DNA from: an uncultured Acidobacteriota bacterium
Lineage (GTDB): Bacteria > Acidobacteriota > UBA6911 > RPQK01 > JAPXNP01
Assembly: GCA_963777605.1 (NCBI GenBank)
Contig: CAVZRV010000011.1
Location: 384,001-448,000 of the forward strand
DNA length: 64,000 nt
Reading direction: 5' to 3'
Program-made: the position numbers and the translations under genes
Shown here: positions 48,461-58,032 of the stretch, piece by piece
Layout: the number at the start of each line of letters is the position of its first letter
Numbering within the stretch: the stretch's first letter is position 1
Notes under the pieces: model-generated
What the model was told of the DNA's origin: nothing
The model's database searches: none
What the model saw: the letters and a program-made list of their open reading frames with translations, nothing else

Positions 48461-51400
48461 ATGTCAGATCGAAAACCGGGCAATGGACTGCGCCGATACC
48501 GGATTCTCCACCCACTCGAGTCGGGGTCTCCAATCCGGGTCTTCCTGGTGAAACCGGTTGGAGAACCGGGTAACAGCCTTCGAGTTTTCACCCTTGCCGG
48601 CAGTATGTCTACCAGGAACCCCGGCGCCCGAAACCGAATCGAGTCTCTTTACGACCAGCGGACGAGCCTCTTGCACCCCCTCCTGCCTGCGGTCCTCGAC
48701 CTCCATCTTCACGGCCGGCAGCCCGGTCTGATTACACCCCGGATCGAGCGGCTACGCCTACCTGAGGCGATCTCCCGGTGGTCATTCGAAGAACGGATTC
48801 ACGCCGCACGCGAACTATGCCAACTGCTCGAATACACACACCGGGCCGGGAGCCTGTGGGGTTGGCTCAATCCGGGAAAGATCTTCTGCGATTTGAATCG
48901 GATTCACTGCGTCAACCACGTAATCCCCGGCGAGTTCCAATCCCGAATTGATCCTTCTCCTGCCAGTCATCGATACTGCGCCCCGGAGATTCTGAGAGAC
49001 CAGCAGGCTACCGTGGCGGGAGACCTGTACACGTTGGGGATGACTCTCTACTTCATCTTCACGGGGAGCGCACCCTTCTACGATTCCTACCCCGGTCAGG
49101 TCGATGAGAAGCAAAAGATCGCCATGCCCACGCTCCCCGGACGCATGCGCCCCGATCTGCCCGGGTTCGTGGATACAGTGATCATGAACCTGGTCCAGAA
49201 GGACCCGGGAGACCGCATCCCTTTGCGAGAAGTGATCGGAATTCTGGAAAGTCGGGCCCGTGTGTCCCGGCACCTCGTTCCGGTGCCGTCGAGCAGCCTG
49301 GTTGGCAGAGACGGCGCCCTCTTGCGGTGTACCGAATTTCTCGAGGAGTTTCGTCAACAGGGAAAACCGATATTGCTCGTCCTCACGGGATCAGCCGGAA
49401 TCGGCAAGACTCGCCTCCTCGACCAGATCGCTTTGAGGGCGAAAATCGTCGGTCTTCCCGTCTTCCAGATTACCCACACGCCACATGATCGGGCCCTGCA
49501 ACCATTCCGCGAACTGGTGGCCGACCTGCGAAGTGACCAGGAGGCATCGATCGAGAGATTGGCCGGAAAATCAGAGGCCCGAGATCCGGCGGGATTCCTG
49601 CTCGACGGTCTGGTAAAACTCTCCGTCAACAGGCCGGTGGTCCTTCGATTGTCCAATCCTCATTGGGCCGAAAGCGCATCACTCGAGCTCTATCGACGCC
49701 TTCTCCTGGAGGGAACGAGCGGAGTCCTGGTGCTCTCCGAACGCAGGCAGGATGAACGGACCACCCAGTTCCAGGAACTCGAGTCGGAATGCGACGAACT
49801 GGGCCGGCTTCGCACCGTGAACCTGGGCCCACTGGCCAGGCCTGCATCACGCCAGTTGCTCGAAAACCTGTTTCCCGGAGTCCTGTCCGAACGGCTGATT
49901 CAGCGGACAATCGAGAAAGTATCGGGAAATCCGCGGCACCTCGTTGAACTGACCCGACAACTTCGCCGCCGGGGTGCGCTTCGTCACGGAGTTCGAGGCT
50001 GGTTACCGCTGATGCTGAACGAAGACAGTTGGCCTCCGCCTTCCGAGATTGCCGAGGAAACACGGCTGCGGCTGGGAACACTGGAACGAAGCCAGGTGGA
50101 ATTACTCCGAACGTTGGCATTTCTCGACCGCCCCGTGAAGCTGGCCCGGTTCGCCGGGATGCCTTCTCATTCTCGCGACAACATTCAAGACACCGCCTGG
50201 GGCCTTGAAAAACTCGGTTTTGTTCAGATAAGCGGCGGTTTCAGGAACCCGACCATCGCCCTCGCCAGTCACTGGGTTGGAGAGACCATCCGCCGGGAGA
50301 CCCCGATGGCGATTCGGAGCAAGGTCCACTTGGAGATTCTTCAAGTCCTGGAAAGAGAACCCGATGGGGAGCCGCTGGTTGTCGTCGAAAAGGCTGTCCA
50401 CACCCTGGGAACGGGACTCGCACAGTCGGATCCGGAACTATTCGCGACAGCCATCGATCACCTGGCTTCAACTGGGCAGTTCGCAGCGTCCGCATCGATC
50501 CTCGCAGAGGTGGAGGGAGAAACAAGCTCCTCCGGGCGAGATTGGAAATCGGCTCGCAAGCACTTAGATCTCCTCTTTCGGAGCGGGCAGTTCGACCGTT
50601 GCGAGCATCGGGTTCGTGGCCTTCTTGGACAACCCTGGCCGGCGAATCAGTACGCGGAACTCCTCCTGCTGCTCGGGAGCCTGCTCCTTCAGCGCGCCGA
50701 CCTCGTTGGCGCAACCTCCATCTTCGAGAGACTTTGCGATGGCACGGCACCAGTGACCGTGGATGAGATGGCACGAGCCTCCCTCCTTGAGTGTCACACT
50801 CGGGCAGGTCGACTCCGAGAGGCGCGCAAGCTGGTTGCCACCATCTTCCAGACTCCGTCCCGCCGGCACTCCTCCGGCTCCCGGAGGCAGCGAAATAGAG
50901 GCGAAAGTACCTCTTCGGAAACTTCGCAGCCAGGGTCAGACAGAACCGGTCGGACCCGGCGTTGGCGGCGTGGCGGACCCGAGATGCGGCCTGGCCTGGA
51001 CGTCCCCACTGAAATCGCCCGCGCGCTTGCGGAGCTCTTTTCCAGATTGGGCCTCCATGAAGAATCCTTGTCGTGGAGGGGCCGTACCATCCGGGCGCTC
51101 TACCGTCAGGGCCTGAACGGCTTTCTCTCTCCCGAGCTGCTGGAACTGGCCCAGGACCGCCTCCTTTCAGGCAGACCTCGGGCGGCTGAACGACTCGCTC
51201 GGGAAGCGCTTCGTGTCGCCGAAGAGGCGGCCTCTCCCGAACAACTGGCGCGGGTGACACTCTTCCAGGCCCAGCATTTGAGATTGCTTGGCCGGCATTG
51301 GGATTCGGAACGTTTACTTCACACCATCCAGGGAGGCTCCTTTGCGAAAGTCCCGCTGGGCCTTCGAAGCCAGGCAGCGCGCGAACTGGCACTCAACGAG

Positions 51401-51484
51401 TGCGACAGGCTCCTTCCGGAGGCCGCACTTCGTACCCTCGGGACGGGCCATCCCACCCGCGAGCATGCATCAGATCTCTTCTGA
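48461..51484 (+). CDS. N-terminal part of a frameshifted giant regulator: degenerate Ser/Thr kinase, P-loop ATPase, helical repeats
   Basis: LHPLLPAVLD, YCAPE, GDLYTLG, DPGDR (kinase fold, no HRD or DFG); LVGRD, GSAGIGKTRL (Walker A), HWAESAS, SGNPRHL. Confidence 0.75.
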   Translation: MSDRKPGNGLRRYRILHPLESGSPIRVFLVKPVGEPGNSLRVFTLAGSMSTRNPGARNRIESLYDQRTSLLHPLLPAVLDLHLHGRQPGLITPRIERLRLPEAISRWSFEERIHAARELCQLLEYTHRAGSLWGWLNPGKIFCDLNRIHCVNHVIPGEFQSRIDPSPASHRYCAPEILRDQQATVAGDLYTLGMTLYFIFTGSAPFYDSYPGQVDEKQKIAMPTLPGRMRPDLPGFVDTVIMNLVQKDPGDRIPLREVIGILESRARVSRHLVPVPSSSLVGRDGALLRCTEFLEEFRQQGKPILLVLTGSAGIGKTRLLDQIALRAKIVGLPVFQITHTPHDRALQPFRELVADLRSDQEASIERLAGKSEARDPAGFLLDGLVKLSVNRPVVLRLSNPHWAESASLELYRRLLLEGTSGVLVLSERRQDERTTQFQELESECDELGRLRTVNLGPLARPASRQLLENLFPGVLSERLIQRTIEKVSGNPRHLVELTRQLRRRGALRHGVRGWLPLMLNEDSWPPPSEIAEETRLRLGTLERSQVELLRTLAFLDRPVKLARFAGMPSHSRDNIQDTAWGLEKLGFVQISGGFRNPTIALASHWVGETIRRETPMAIRSKVHLEILQVLEREPDGEPLVVVEKAVHTLGTGLAQSDPELFATAIDHLASTGQFAASASILAEVEGETSSSGRDWKSARKHLDLLFRSGQFDRCEHRVRGLLGQPWPANQYAELLLLLGSLLLQRADLVGATSIFERLCDGTAPVTVDEMARASLLECHTRAGRLREARKLVATIFQTPSRRHSSGSRRQRNRGESTSSETSQPGSDRTGRTRRWRRGGPEMRPGLDVPTEIARALAELFSRLGLHEESLSWRGRTIRALYRQGLNGFLSPELLELAQDRLLSGRPRAAERLAREALRVAEEAASPEQLARVTLFQAQHLRLLGRHWDSERLLHTIQGGSFAKVPLGLRSQAARELALNECDRLLPEAALRTLGTGHPTREHASDLF

Positions 51485-52772
51485 CCCCGAGGACGCGCTG
51501 GCCCTGGCTCGAATCCACTGTCTGCTGGGTGCCCCCGAGCACGGACTCGAGATGTGTGAACGTGTGCTTAACCATGGAAACCGGGGTCAGGTCGTTCGGG
51601 CTCATCTGTTGTACGCCGAAGCATTTTCCTCTATTGAAAACCTGGAAGCTGCCGAAGATCACCTCAACGTCGGCCTTCGCCTCGTTCCCCGCCGGTGGAA
51701 TTACTACCGGGCCCGATTTCGAATCGCCCAATCAAGAATCGCCCTGGATATGGGTCGAACCGACCGAGCCGCGGTCCTGATCAGAGACCCCGCCGTCGAA
51801 CGCGTGCGTTCCAGGTTTAACCCCGTGCAACTAGAGTGCCTGGTCACTGAAAGCTCAGTCGCCATGCGTCGGGGAAATCACCGCCGAGCCCGACTGCTTG
51901 CCGAAAAGGCGCGCCTGAAAAGCCGGACGACTGAACGCCCCGGTCAGCGTGCTGAAGTCCTGGGAACCCTGGCCATAGCGGAAGCCTGCACCGGGAACGT
52001 CCCGGCGGCAGAGGTTCGCTACCAGCGGGCGCTGGGAATTCTTCTCGGATTCAAAAGCCTGCTATCGCCGGAGCTCAAGACGGGATTCGACCGTGCCCAC
52101 GTTGCCCCGATGCGCGACAAGGTACGGGCGAGATTGCAGACCTCCCGACCGAACAACGAGCCACCGTTCATGGTCGCGCTGGGCCGGTTTCTCGACAGCC
52201 TCAACAAGTTACCCGACGAAACAGCGTATTATTCCAGGATTCTCGACTGTATCCGGCAACAGTTCCCATTCTCGGGAGCGCGCCTTCACCTGGCAAACAC
52301 AACCGGCCTACCGGGAGCACGGGTCGCATCACTGGATTCCGTGCGCGACGATTACCGTCGATGGCTGGAAGCGGCACCTGCCGAGCCGCCTATCCACGTT
52401 GAAAGCGACCGACGCATAGTTTCAATCTCCGTCGCCCTCTCCAAGGGGCCGGCTACCCGCGGATGGCTCTATCTCGAGCGCCCCGGGCGCCTGTTGCCGG
52501 AGTTGGACTTCGACCTTCTGGTCGTCCTGAAGGGAATCCTGGAGCAGCTTCTGGAGAAGCCGCCCCAGGGCGGTTCCAGATCCGGCTCGACGTCCCAAAC
52601 TGCAAAGCGGGCAGATAACGTCACCATTTGTCGGCAAACATCCTGCCGTTATCGACTTACTGGGCAAACTCGACCGTTTCTCCAAGACACGGTCAACCAT
52701 TCTCCTGGCAGGAGAAAGCGGCACAGGGAAAGAGCTCCTCGCCCGGATGATCCACGAATCCAGCGGCCTTAA
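51288..52772 (+). CDS. middle fragment (TPR-like helices, GAF-like segment) of the frameshifted regulator
   Basis: Helical A/L/R-rich repeats from about 51443; VALSKGPATRGWLYLE...ELDFDLL resembles the end of a GAF domain. Confidence 0.6.
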   Translation: MAGIGIRNVYFTPSREAPLRKSRWAFEARQRANWHSTSATGSFRRPHFVPSGRAIPPASMHQISSDPEDALALARIHCLLGAPEHGLEMCERVLNHGNRGQVVRAHLLYAEAFSSIENLEAAEDHLNVGLRLVPRRWNYYRARFRIAQSRIALDMGRTDRAAVLIRDPAVERVRSRFNPVQLECLVTESSVAMRRGNHRRARLLAEKARLKSRTTERPGQRAEVLGTLAIAEACTGNVPAAEVRYQRALGILLGFKSLLSPELKTGFDRAHVAPMRDKVRARLQTSRPNNEPPFMVALGRFLDSLNKLPDETAYYSRILDCIRQQFPFSGARLHLANTTGLPGARVASLDSVRDDYRRWLEAAPAEPPIHVESDRRIVSISVALSKGPATRGWLYLERPGRLLPELDFDLLVVLKGILEQLLEKPPQGGSRSGSTSQTAKRADNVTICRQTSCRYRLTGQTRPFLQDTVNHSPGRRKRHRERAPRPDDPRIQRP

Positions 52773-53655
52773 AGGAGCTTTCATAGCGGTCAACTGCGCG
52801 ACCTTCTCCCGGGACCTGATCGAGAGCCAGCTGTTTGGACATGCCAGGGGCGCTTTCACTGGAGCCACCGGCGATCAAACCGGATTCTTCGAGGCGGCCG
52901 CCGGAGGGACCCTGTTCCTCGACGAGATTTCGGCCATGCCTTTCGACCTCCAGCCTCGCCTTCTCCGAGTCCTCCAGGAGCGTAAAGTCATCCGCCTGGG
53001 AGAGACTTTCGAACGGGACATCGACGCCCGCATCGTTGCCGCAACCAACCGGGACCTGGTCGAGCTCTGCGCCCAGAGGAAATTCCGGTTCGACCTATAT
53101 CACCGCCTGAACGTTCTCCGCCTGGAAATCCCCCCGCTCCGCGAACGTGCGTCCGATATCCCGCTCCTTTGCAACCACTGCCTGGACCGTCTCCAACGGG
53201 AGTTGGGCCTGAGGTCGCACCTGACACCGGAAGCCCTCGCCCTGCTTCAGCAGTACTCTTTTCCGGGCAATGTCCGGGAACTGGCCAATTTGCTCGAAAA
53301 GCTTGCCTGTTCGAGCGCGGACGGAGCGATTGATCGGTCCGCGGTTGAATCGGAACTCGATCGGCACCGCTTTCGAAACGCCGCCGCAACGAGTCCGCAC
53401 ATTCTGCAGATCATCGCAGACCTCGAGTCAGGAAGGACCAATTTCTGGACGGGCGTCCGCGAACCATTCCTCCAGCGAAGACTCTCCCGGGCAGAAGTCC
53501 GGCAGATCGTCTCGATCGGCCTCGAAAAATGCGAAGGCAGCTACCGGAGGCTCACCCGGTATTTCGGTCTCGGGGATGAAGATTACAAGCGCTTTCTCGG
53601 ATTCCTCTCCAACCACGGATGCAAGGTTGATTTTCGGCTCTATCGCAATCGCTGA
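52621..53655 (+). CDS. C-terminal fragment: sigma54-interacting AAA+ (bEBP) domain
   Basis: Upstream of the ORF-track ATG (52747) the frame reads FVGKHPAV...ILLAGESGTGKELLAR, then VNCA, ESQLFGHARGAFTGA, LFLDEI, LLRVLQE, FRFDLYHRL, PPLRER, PGNVREL. Confidence 0.9.
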   Translation, partial: SPFVGKHPAVIDLLGKLDRFSKTRSTILLAGESGTGKELLARMIHESSGLKGAFIAVNCATFSRDLIESQLFGHARGAFTGATGDQTGFFEAAAGGTLFLDEISAMPFDLQPRLLRVLQERKVIRLGETFERDIDARIVAATNRDLVELCAQRKFRFDLYHRLNVLRLEIPPLRERASDIPLLCNHCLDRLQRELGLRSHLTPEALALLQQYSFPGNVRELANLLEKLACSSADGAIDRSAVESELDRHRFRNAAATSPHILQIIADLESGRTNFWTGVREPFLQRRLSRAEVRQIVSIGLEKCEGSYRRLTRYFGLGDEDYKRFLGFLSNHGCKVDFRLYRNR

Positions 53656-53669
53656 CCCGTATTCCCGGC

Positions 53670-54011
53670 CTACTTCTTCTTGAGAGAACGGAGGTAGGCG
53701 ATTACGTCCGCGATTTCCTGGTCTGAGACCCCGCGGATGGCAGCCATCTTGCCCTTGCCCTTCTGGATCGTGGTCTTGATTTCTTCGTCAGTCTTTTTCT
53801 GAATATATTCTGAACTCATCGGGTGGAACTGAGCGCCGAGCATCTTGGCGATCGCCGGGTTACCCGACCCGTCCGCTCCGTGGCACATCTTGCAGCGCTT
53901 GAGGTAAACAGCCTTGCCCTTTGCAACCTGATCACTGGTCATTCCCAGGACCAGGACAGGAAGGCTGAACATCAGCGCCATGAACACCGCCCAACTAATT
54001 CGTCTTCGCAT
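53670..54011 (-). CDS. monoheme class I c-type cytochrome
   Basis: Signal peptide, CKMCH, distal Met in GKGKMAA, ADVIAYLRSL. Confidence 0.9.
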   Translation of the reverse strand: MRRRISWAVFMALMFSLPVLVLGMTSDQVAKGKAVYLKRCKMCHGADGSGNPAIAKMLGAQFHPMSSEYIQKKTDEEIKTTIQKGKGKMAAIRGVSDQEIADVIAYLRSLKKK

Positions 54012-54144
54012 AGTGATAAGCTCCGTTTCCTGCCTGCCCATACAAGAAGGCGAGGTGCAACCTCCAGCGACCCGGTTGGCCCATGATTACACGCACCAAA
54101 TCCGAGTTTCCCCAACTCATTTCGACACGAACAGCGACGTCGAT

Positions 54145-56583
54145 TTACGAAACAGGCACTTCTGATTCGACTTTAGCAGAACTTTCCTCGGAGCTCTCGT
54201 CGACGCTTACGACGAACCCGCATTCCTTGTTGGGACAGAACCTGCGGGTCCCTGACTTCTTCGTCGTCTTCTCGAGGAGGTAGGGTGTACCACAATCGGG
54301 GCAGGCTTCGGGTATCGGCTTCTGCCAGAGCACGAAATTGCAGTCAGGGTACCGATCGCAAGCGTAGAAGGTCTTGCCTCGCTTGGACTTCCGCTCAACC
54401 AGCTCGCCCTGCTTGCACTCGGGACAGGTCACTCCGGTGCCGTTTGGCTTGATATAGCGGCATTCGGGATACTGTCTGCACGCGATGAACTCCCCGTACC
54501 GGCCCATCTTCTTGACCAGCTTATCGCCGCAGTTCGGGCAGTTCTCATCCAGTTCGACCTCCTGCGCCGCCACCGTCTGACCATCCTTCTGGATCAGCTG
54601 CTTGGTGTTCTTGCACTCGGGATAGCCGCTGCAGGCGAGGAAATGGCCGTACCTGCCGCGCTTGAGAACCATCGGCCTTCCACACTTGGAGCAAACCTCT
54701 CTCGGGGCCTCGACAGGATCGGATTCGTTCTCTTTGCGTTCCCGGGTGTTTCTACACTTGGGATAGTTGGCGCAGGAAAGAAAGCGACCGAACTTGCCCC
54801 ACCGCATCACCATCATGCTGCCACAGAGCTCACACTTTTCGTCGGTTGGGACCTCTTCCCGGCGGAGGTTCTTCATCTCCGTACGGGCGTGGTCGAGATT
54901 TTCCTTGAAACCTTTGTAGAACCCGTCAAGAGTCTCGATCCAGTCGGCTTCGCCCGATTCGATGCTGTCGAGATCGCGTTCCAACTTCGCGGTATAGTCG
55001 TAGTCGAACAGCTCGTTGAAGTAACGGATCAAGAGGTCGTTAACGACCTCCCCAAGCTCGGTAGCCGCAAATCGCCCTTCGTCTTTCCGGACGTAGTCGC
55101 GGCTCATGATCACCGACAGGATCTGCTGGTAGGTCGACGGCCGTCCAATTCCCTTCTCTTCCAGCGCTTTCACCAGGCTCGCCTCGTTAAAGCGCGGAGG
55201 GGGTTGGGTGAACTTCTGCTCGCGGAGCAGTTCAAGAACCTTCAGCTTCTCTCCCTCGGTGAGCTCGGGGAGAATTTTCCCCTCAGAGGATGAATCACCC
55301 GCCTCGTCATCCTCGTCGGAACGGTACAGTTTGAGAAAGCCGTCAAACTTCAAGATCGACCCGACAACCTTGAAATCCACGTCCCCGGCACCAATGAGCA
55401 ACTCGGTCTGGTCGAAGAGCGCCGGCACCATCTGGCAGGCCACAAATCGGTTCCAAATCAGGCTGTAAAGTCGAAAGAGGTCCCGCTCCAGGAAAGGCTT
55501 CACCCGGTCGGGGTGGCGTGCAACCGAAGTTGGCCTGATGGCCTCATGAGCATCCTGCGCACCCTTCTTGGTCCGGTAACGGACGGGATCCTTGGGCAGG
55601 TACTTCTCGCCGAAACTCTCGGTGATGTATCCCCGGACCTCATTCAGGGCGTCGTCCGAGATCCGTGTCGAGTCTGTTCTCATGTAGGTGATCAACCCGA
55701 CTGTCCCCTCGTCCCCGAGGTCGATGCCCTCGTAGAGGCGCTGGGCAAGGGTCATCGTCTTCTTGACCGTAAACCCCAATTTGCGGACCGCTTCCTGCTG
55801 CAACTTGCTCGTGATGAAGGGGGGAACCGGTCTTCGCTTGCGTTCCTTCCGGGTCACGGACTTCACGACGAAATCTGCCGTCTGGAGGTGGTCGAGAAGG
55901 GCGTCCGCCTCTTCCTGGTTGGGAATGTGGAACTTTTTACCCCGCAGATGGAAGGCCTTCGCCTCGAACGGAGGGGGCTCACTTCCCTTGAGGTGGACCT
56001 TGAAGTCCCAATATTCTTCCGGCTGGAAAGCCCGGATCTCGCACTCCCGTTCGACGATCATCCGAACGGCCACAGTCTGGACCCGGCCCGCCGAAAGACC
56101 CTTCCTCACCTTCTGCCAAAGGAGAGGACTCACCTTGTAACCCACGATCCGATCGAGGATACGACGGGCCTGCTGGGCATCGACCTTGTCCTGGTCGATC
56201 TGGGACGGGTGCTCGAGGGCCTTCAAAATGGCCGTTTTGGTGATCTCGTTGAAGAGAATCCGGTAAATCGGCTGATCTCCCTGACCGTTCAACTCGTGGG
56301 CCAGGTGAAAGCAGATGGCCTCCCCCTCGCGATCAGGGTCGGCAGCAAGGTAGATCACGTCAGCCGACTTCGCCTCTTTCTTGAGGCCGGCCACGACCGA
56401 CTCTTTCCCTTGAATGATCCGGTATGTTGGGTTGAACCCGTGACGAATGTCCACTCCGAGAGCCCGCGGTGGAAGATCTCGAACGTGACCCGCCGAAGCA
56501 CGAACCCGGAAATTCTTACCAAGGTACTTCTCAATGGTCCGCGCTTTTGCCGGAGATTCCACGATGACGATTGACTTCTTCAC
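54145..56583 (-). CDS. topA: type IA DNA topoisomerase with five C-terminal Cys4 zinc ribbons
   Basis: IVESPAKA, DPDREGEAI, SAGRVQ, ITYMRTDS, AQDAHEAIRPT, GIGRPSTY. Confidence 0.98.
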   Translation of the reverse strand: MKKSIVIVESPAKARTIEKYLGKNFRVRASAGHVRDLPPRALGVDIRHGFNPTYRIIQGKESVVAGLKKEAKSADVIYLAADPDREGEAICFHLAHELNGQGDQPIYRILFNEITKTAILKALEHPSQIDQDKVDAQQARRILDRIVGYKVSPLLWQKVRKGLSAGRVQTVAVRMIVERECEIRAFQPEEYWDFKVHLKGSEPPPFEAKAFHLRGKKFHIPNQEEADALLDHLQTADFVVKSVTRKERKRRPVPPFITSKLQQEAVRKLGFTVKKTMTLAQRLYEGIDLGDEGTVGLITYMRTDSTRISDDALNEVRGYITESFGEKYLPKDPVRYRTKKGAQDAHEAIRPTSVARHPDRVKPFLERDLFRLYSLIWNRFVACQMVPALFDQTELLIGAGDVDFKVVGSILKFDGFLKLYRSDEDDEAGDSSSEGKILPELTEGEKLKVLELLREQKFTQPPPRFNEASLVKALEEKGIGRPSTYQQILSVIMSRDYVRKDEGRFAATELGEVVNDLLIRYFNELFDYDYTAKLERDLDSIESGEADWIETLDGFYKGFKENLDHARTEMKNLRREEVPTDEKCELCGSMMVMRWGKFGRFLSCANYPKCRNTRERKENESDPVEAPREVCSKCGRPMVLKRGRYGHFLACSGYPECKNTKQLIQKDGQTVAAQEVELDENCPNCGDKLVKKMGRYGEFIACRQYPECRYIKPNGTGVTCPECKQGELVERKSKRGKTFYACDRYPDCNFVLWQKPIPEACPDCGTPYLLEKTTKKSGTRRFCPNKECGFVVSVDESSEESSAKVESEVPVS

Positions 56584-56682
56584 TAACCTTCCTCCGCGGG
56601 AACCGCCCGCCGTTCCCGTAATCTATAGCACAAGACGCAGCAACCTGCGGTTCGGTTGCGCCACAATAAAATTCAACGGAAT

Positions 56683-57870
56683 TCAATCCACCCTTCGATT
56701 TTCGCAGCGGCTTGCCGCTTTCCCGACTGCGGGCCCCTTCTTCTTTAACGATACCGTATCCAGCCTGCGGGCATATCTTCTGCCCGGAAAGACCCGAATT
56801 CTCCCCCGCGCTTCAAGGCCAACGAGGATAGCACTGAGTTCGGTCACAGTGCGGCCGCTCAATTCGAGGAGCCGGTCAAAGTGCTCGGCCCGATCGCAGG
56901 AAAGTAACTCGAGGACCTCTCGTCCACCTGGATCGCATTCCTCTTGCCGCTCTTCCTTCTTCCCGTCACAGTCGAGGTCGCGCTTCAACCGGTTGAGCAC
57001 TTCGACCGGCAGGTCTTCGAGAACATCCTGGTAGCAGAGCAGCGGTTTCGCGCCCTGCTTGATCAGGTGGTTCGGCCCAAAACTCCCGGGGTTCGTGATG
57101 TTGCCCGGTACGGCCCAGAGTTCCCGGTTCTGCTCCAGAGTCAGGCGGGCCGTGATCAGGGAACCGGAGAATTCCGACGCCTCGGGAATGACCGTTCCGA
57201 GAGCCAGGCCACTGATGATACGGTTTCGAATCGGGAAGTTTTGTGGAGTCGGCAAGGTGCCGGGCGGAAACTCCGACAGTAAACATCCCTGCTGTCGAAT
57301 CCTGCGGTAAAGCTTCCGACTGCTCCGAGGATAGACGAAATCCGCCCCGGTCCCCATCACTGCGACGGTTGCGCCTCCGGTGGCCAGGGCTCCCTGGTGG
57401 GCTTTGGTGTCGATTCCCAGCGCCATGCCGCTGACTATTCCAAGACCCAATCGCGCCAGGTCCCTGGAAAGAACTTCCGCCACTTCCTCACCGTAGACGG
57501 AGCATTTCCGAGAACCGACCACCGCAATCATTGGAATCGACAGCAGCCCCAAATCACCCAGGACATAGAGCACCAGGGGAGGATCGAAAATCCGCTTGAG
57601 CAGTTCCGGGTAGTCGGAGTGGTCCGTCGTAATGACCTGCATCCCCTTTCCCCCAGCCTCCTCCAAGACCTTCTCGGCATCCTTGTGTGCCCAACCCCCG
57701 CGTATGTAGTACTGAATCTCGGAACTGAGTCCGAGCGACTTCAAGCTGGCCCGAGACATCCGGAAAAGTTCGGACGGAGACCCGAAGCGACGAATCATCT
57801 TCCAGATTCGAGCAGTACCGAGGCCCGGCACCAGGGAAAGACTCAACAGATCAAAGGCTTTCTGGTCCAT
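56683..57870 (-). CDS. dprA: DNA-processing protein DprA
   Basis: YPELLKRIFDPP, AVVGSR, VSGMALGIDTKAH, FPIRNRIISGL, SGSLITA; upstream of topA. Confidence 0.95.
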   Translation of the reverse strand: MDQKAFDLLSLSLVPGLGTARIWKMIRRFGSPSELFRMSRASLKSLGLSSEIQYYIRGGWAHKDAEKVLEEAGGKGMQVITTDHSDYPELLKRIFDPPLVLYVLGDLGLLSIPMIAVVGSRKCSVYGEEVAEVLSRDLARLGLGIVSGMALGIDTKAHQGALATGGATVAVMGTGADFVYPRSSRKLYRRIRQQGCLLSEFPPGTLPTPQNFPIRNRIISGLALGTVIPEASEFSGSLITARLTLEQNRELWAVPGNITNPGSFGPNHLIKQGAKPLLCYQDVLEDLPVEVLNRLKRDLDCDGKKEERQEECDPGGREVLELLSCDRAEHFDRLLELSGRTVTELSAILVGLEARGRIRVFPGRRYARRLDTVSLKKKGPAVGKAASRCENRRVD

Positions 57871-57910
57871 TCATAATCTAATAACGAACCAGCCTCGAAA
57901 TCTGCGGGAA

Positions 57911-57943
57911 GGAGACAGGAGACAGGAGCAGGAGACAGGAAGA
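57911..57943. repeat. 7-nt tandem repeat (GGAGACA)n
   Basis: ggagaca ggagaca ggagca ggagaca ggaaga between dprA and mqnA. Confidence 0.6.
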
Positions 57944-58032
57944 TTGGACTCAATCCCGCTAACACCTGCAAGGCCTGAGAGTGGAAAATGTGGCGCCCAG
58001 GAACCAGAAATGGGGAACCCGCCCCCCAACGC

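Noticed and set aside
55513-56574. 353-aa plus-strand ORF
   Set aside because: Antisense shadow of topA.
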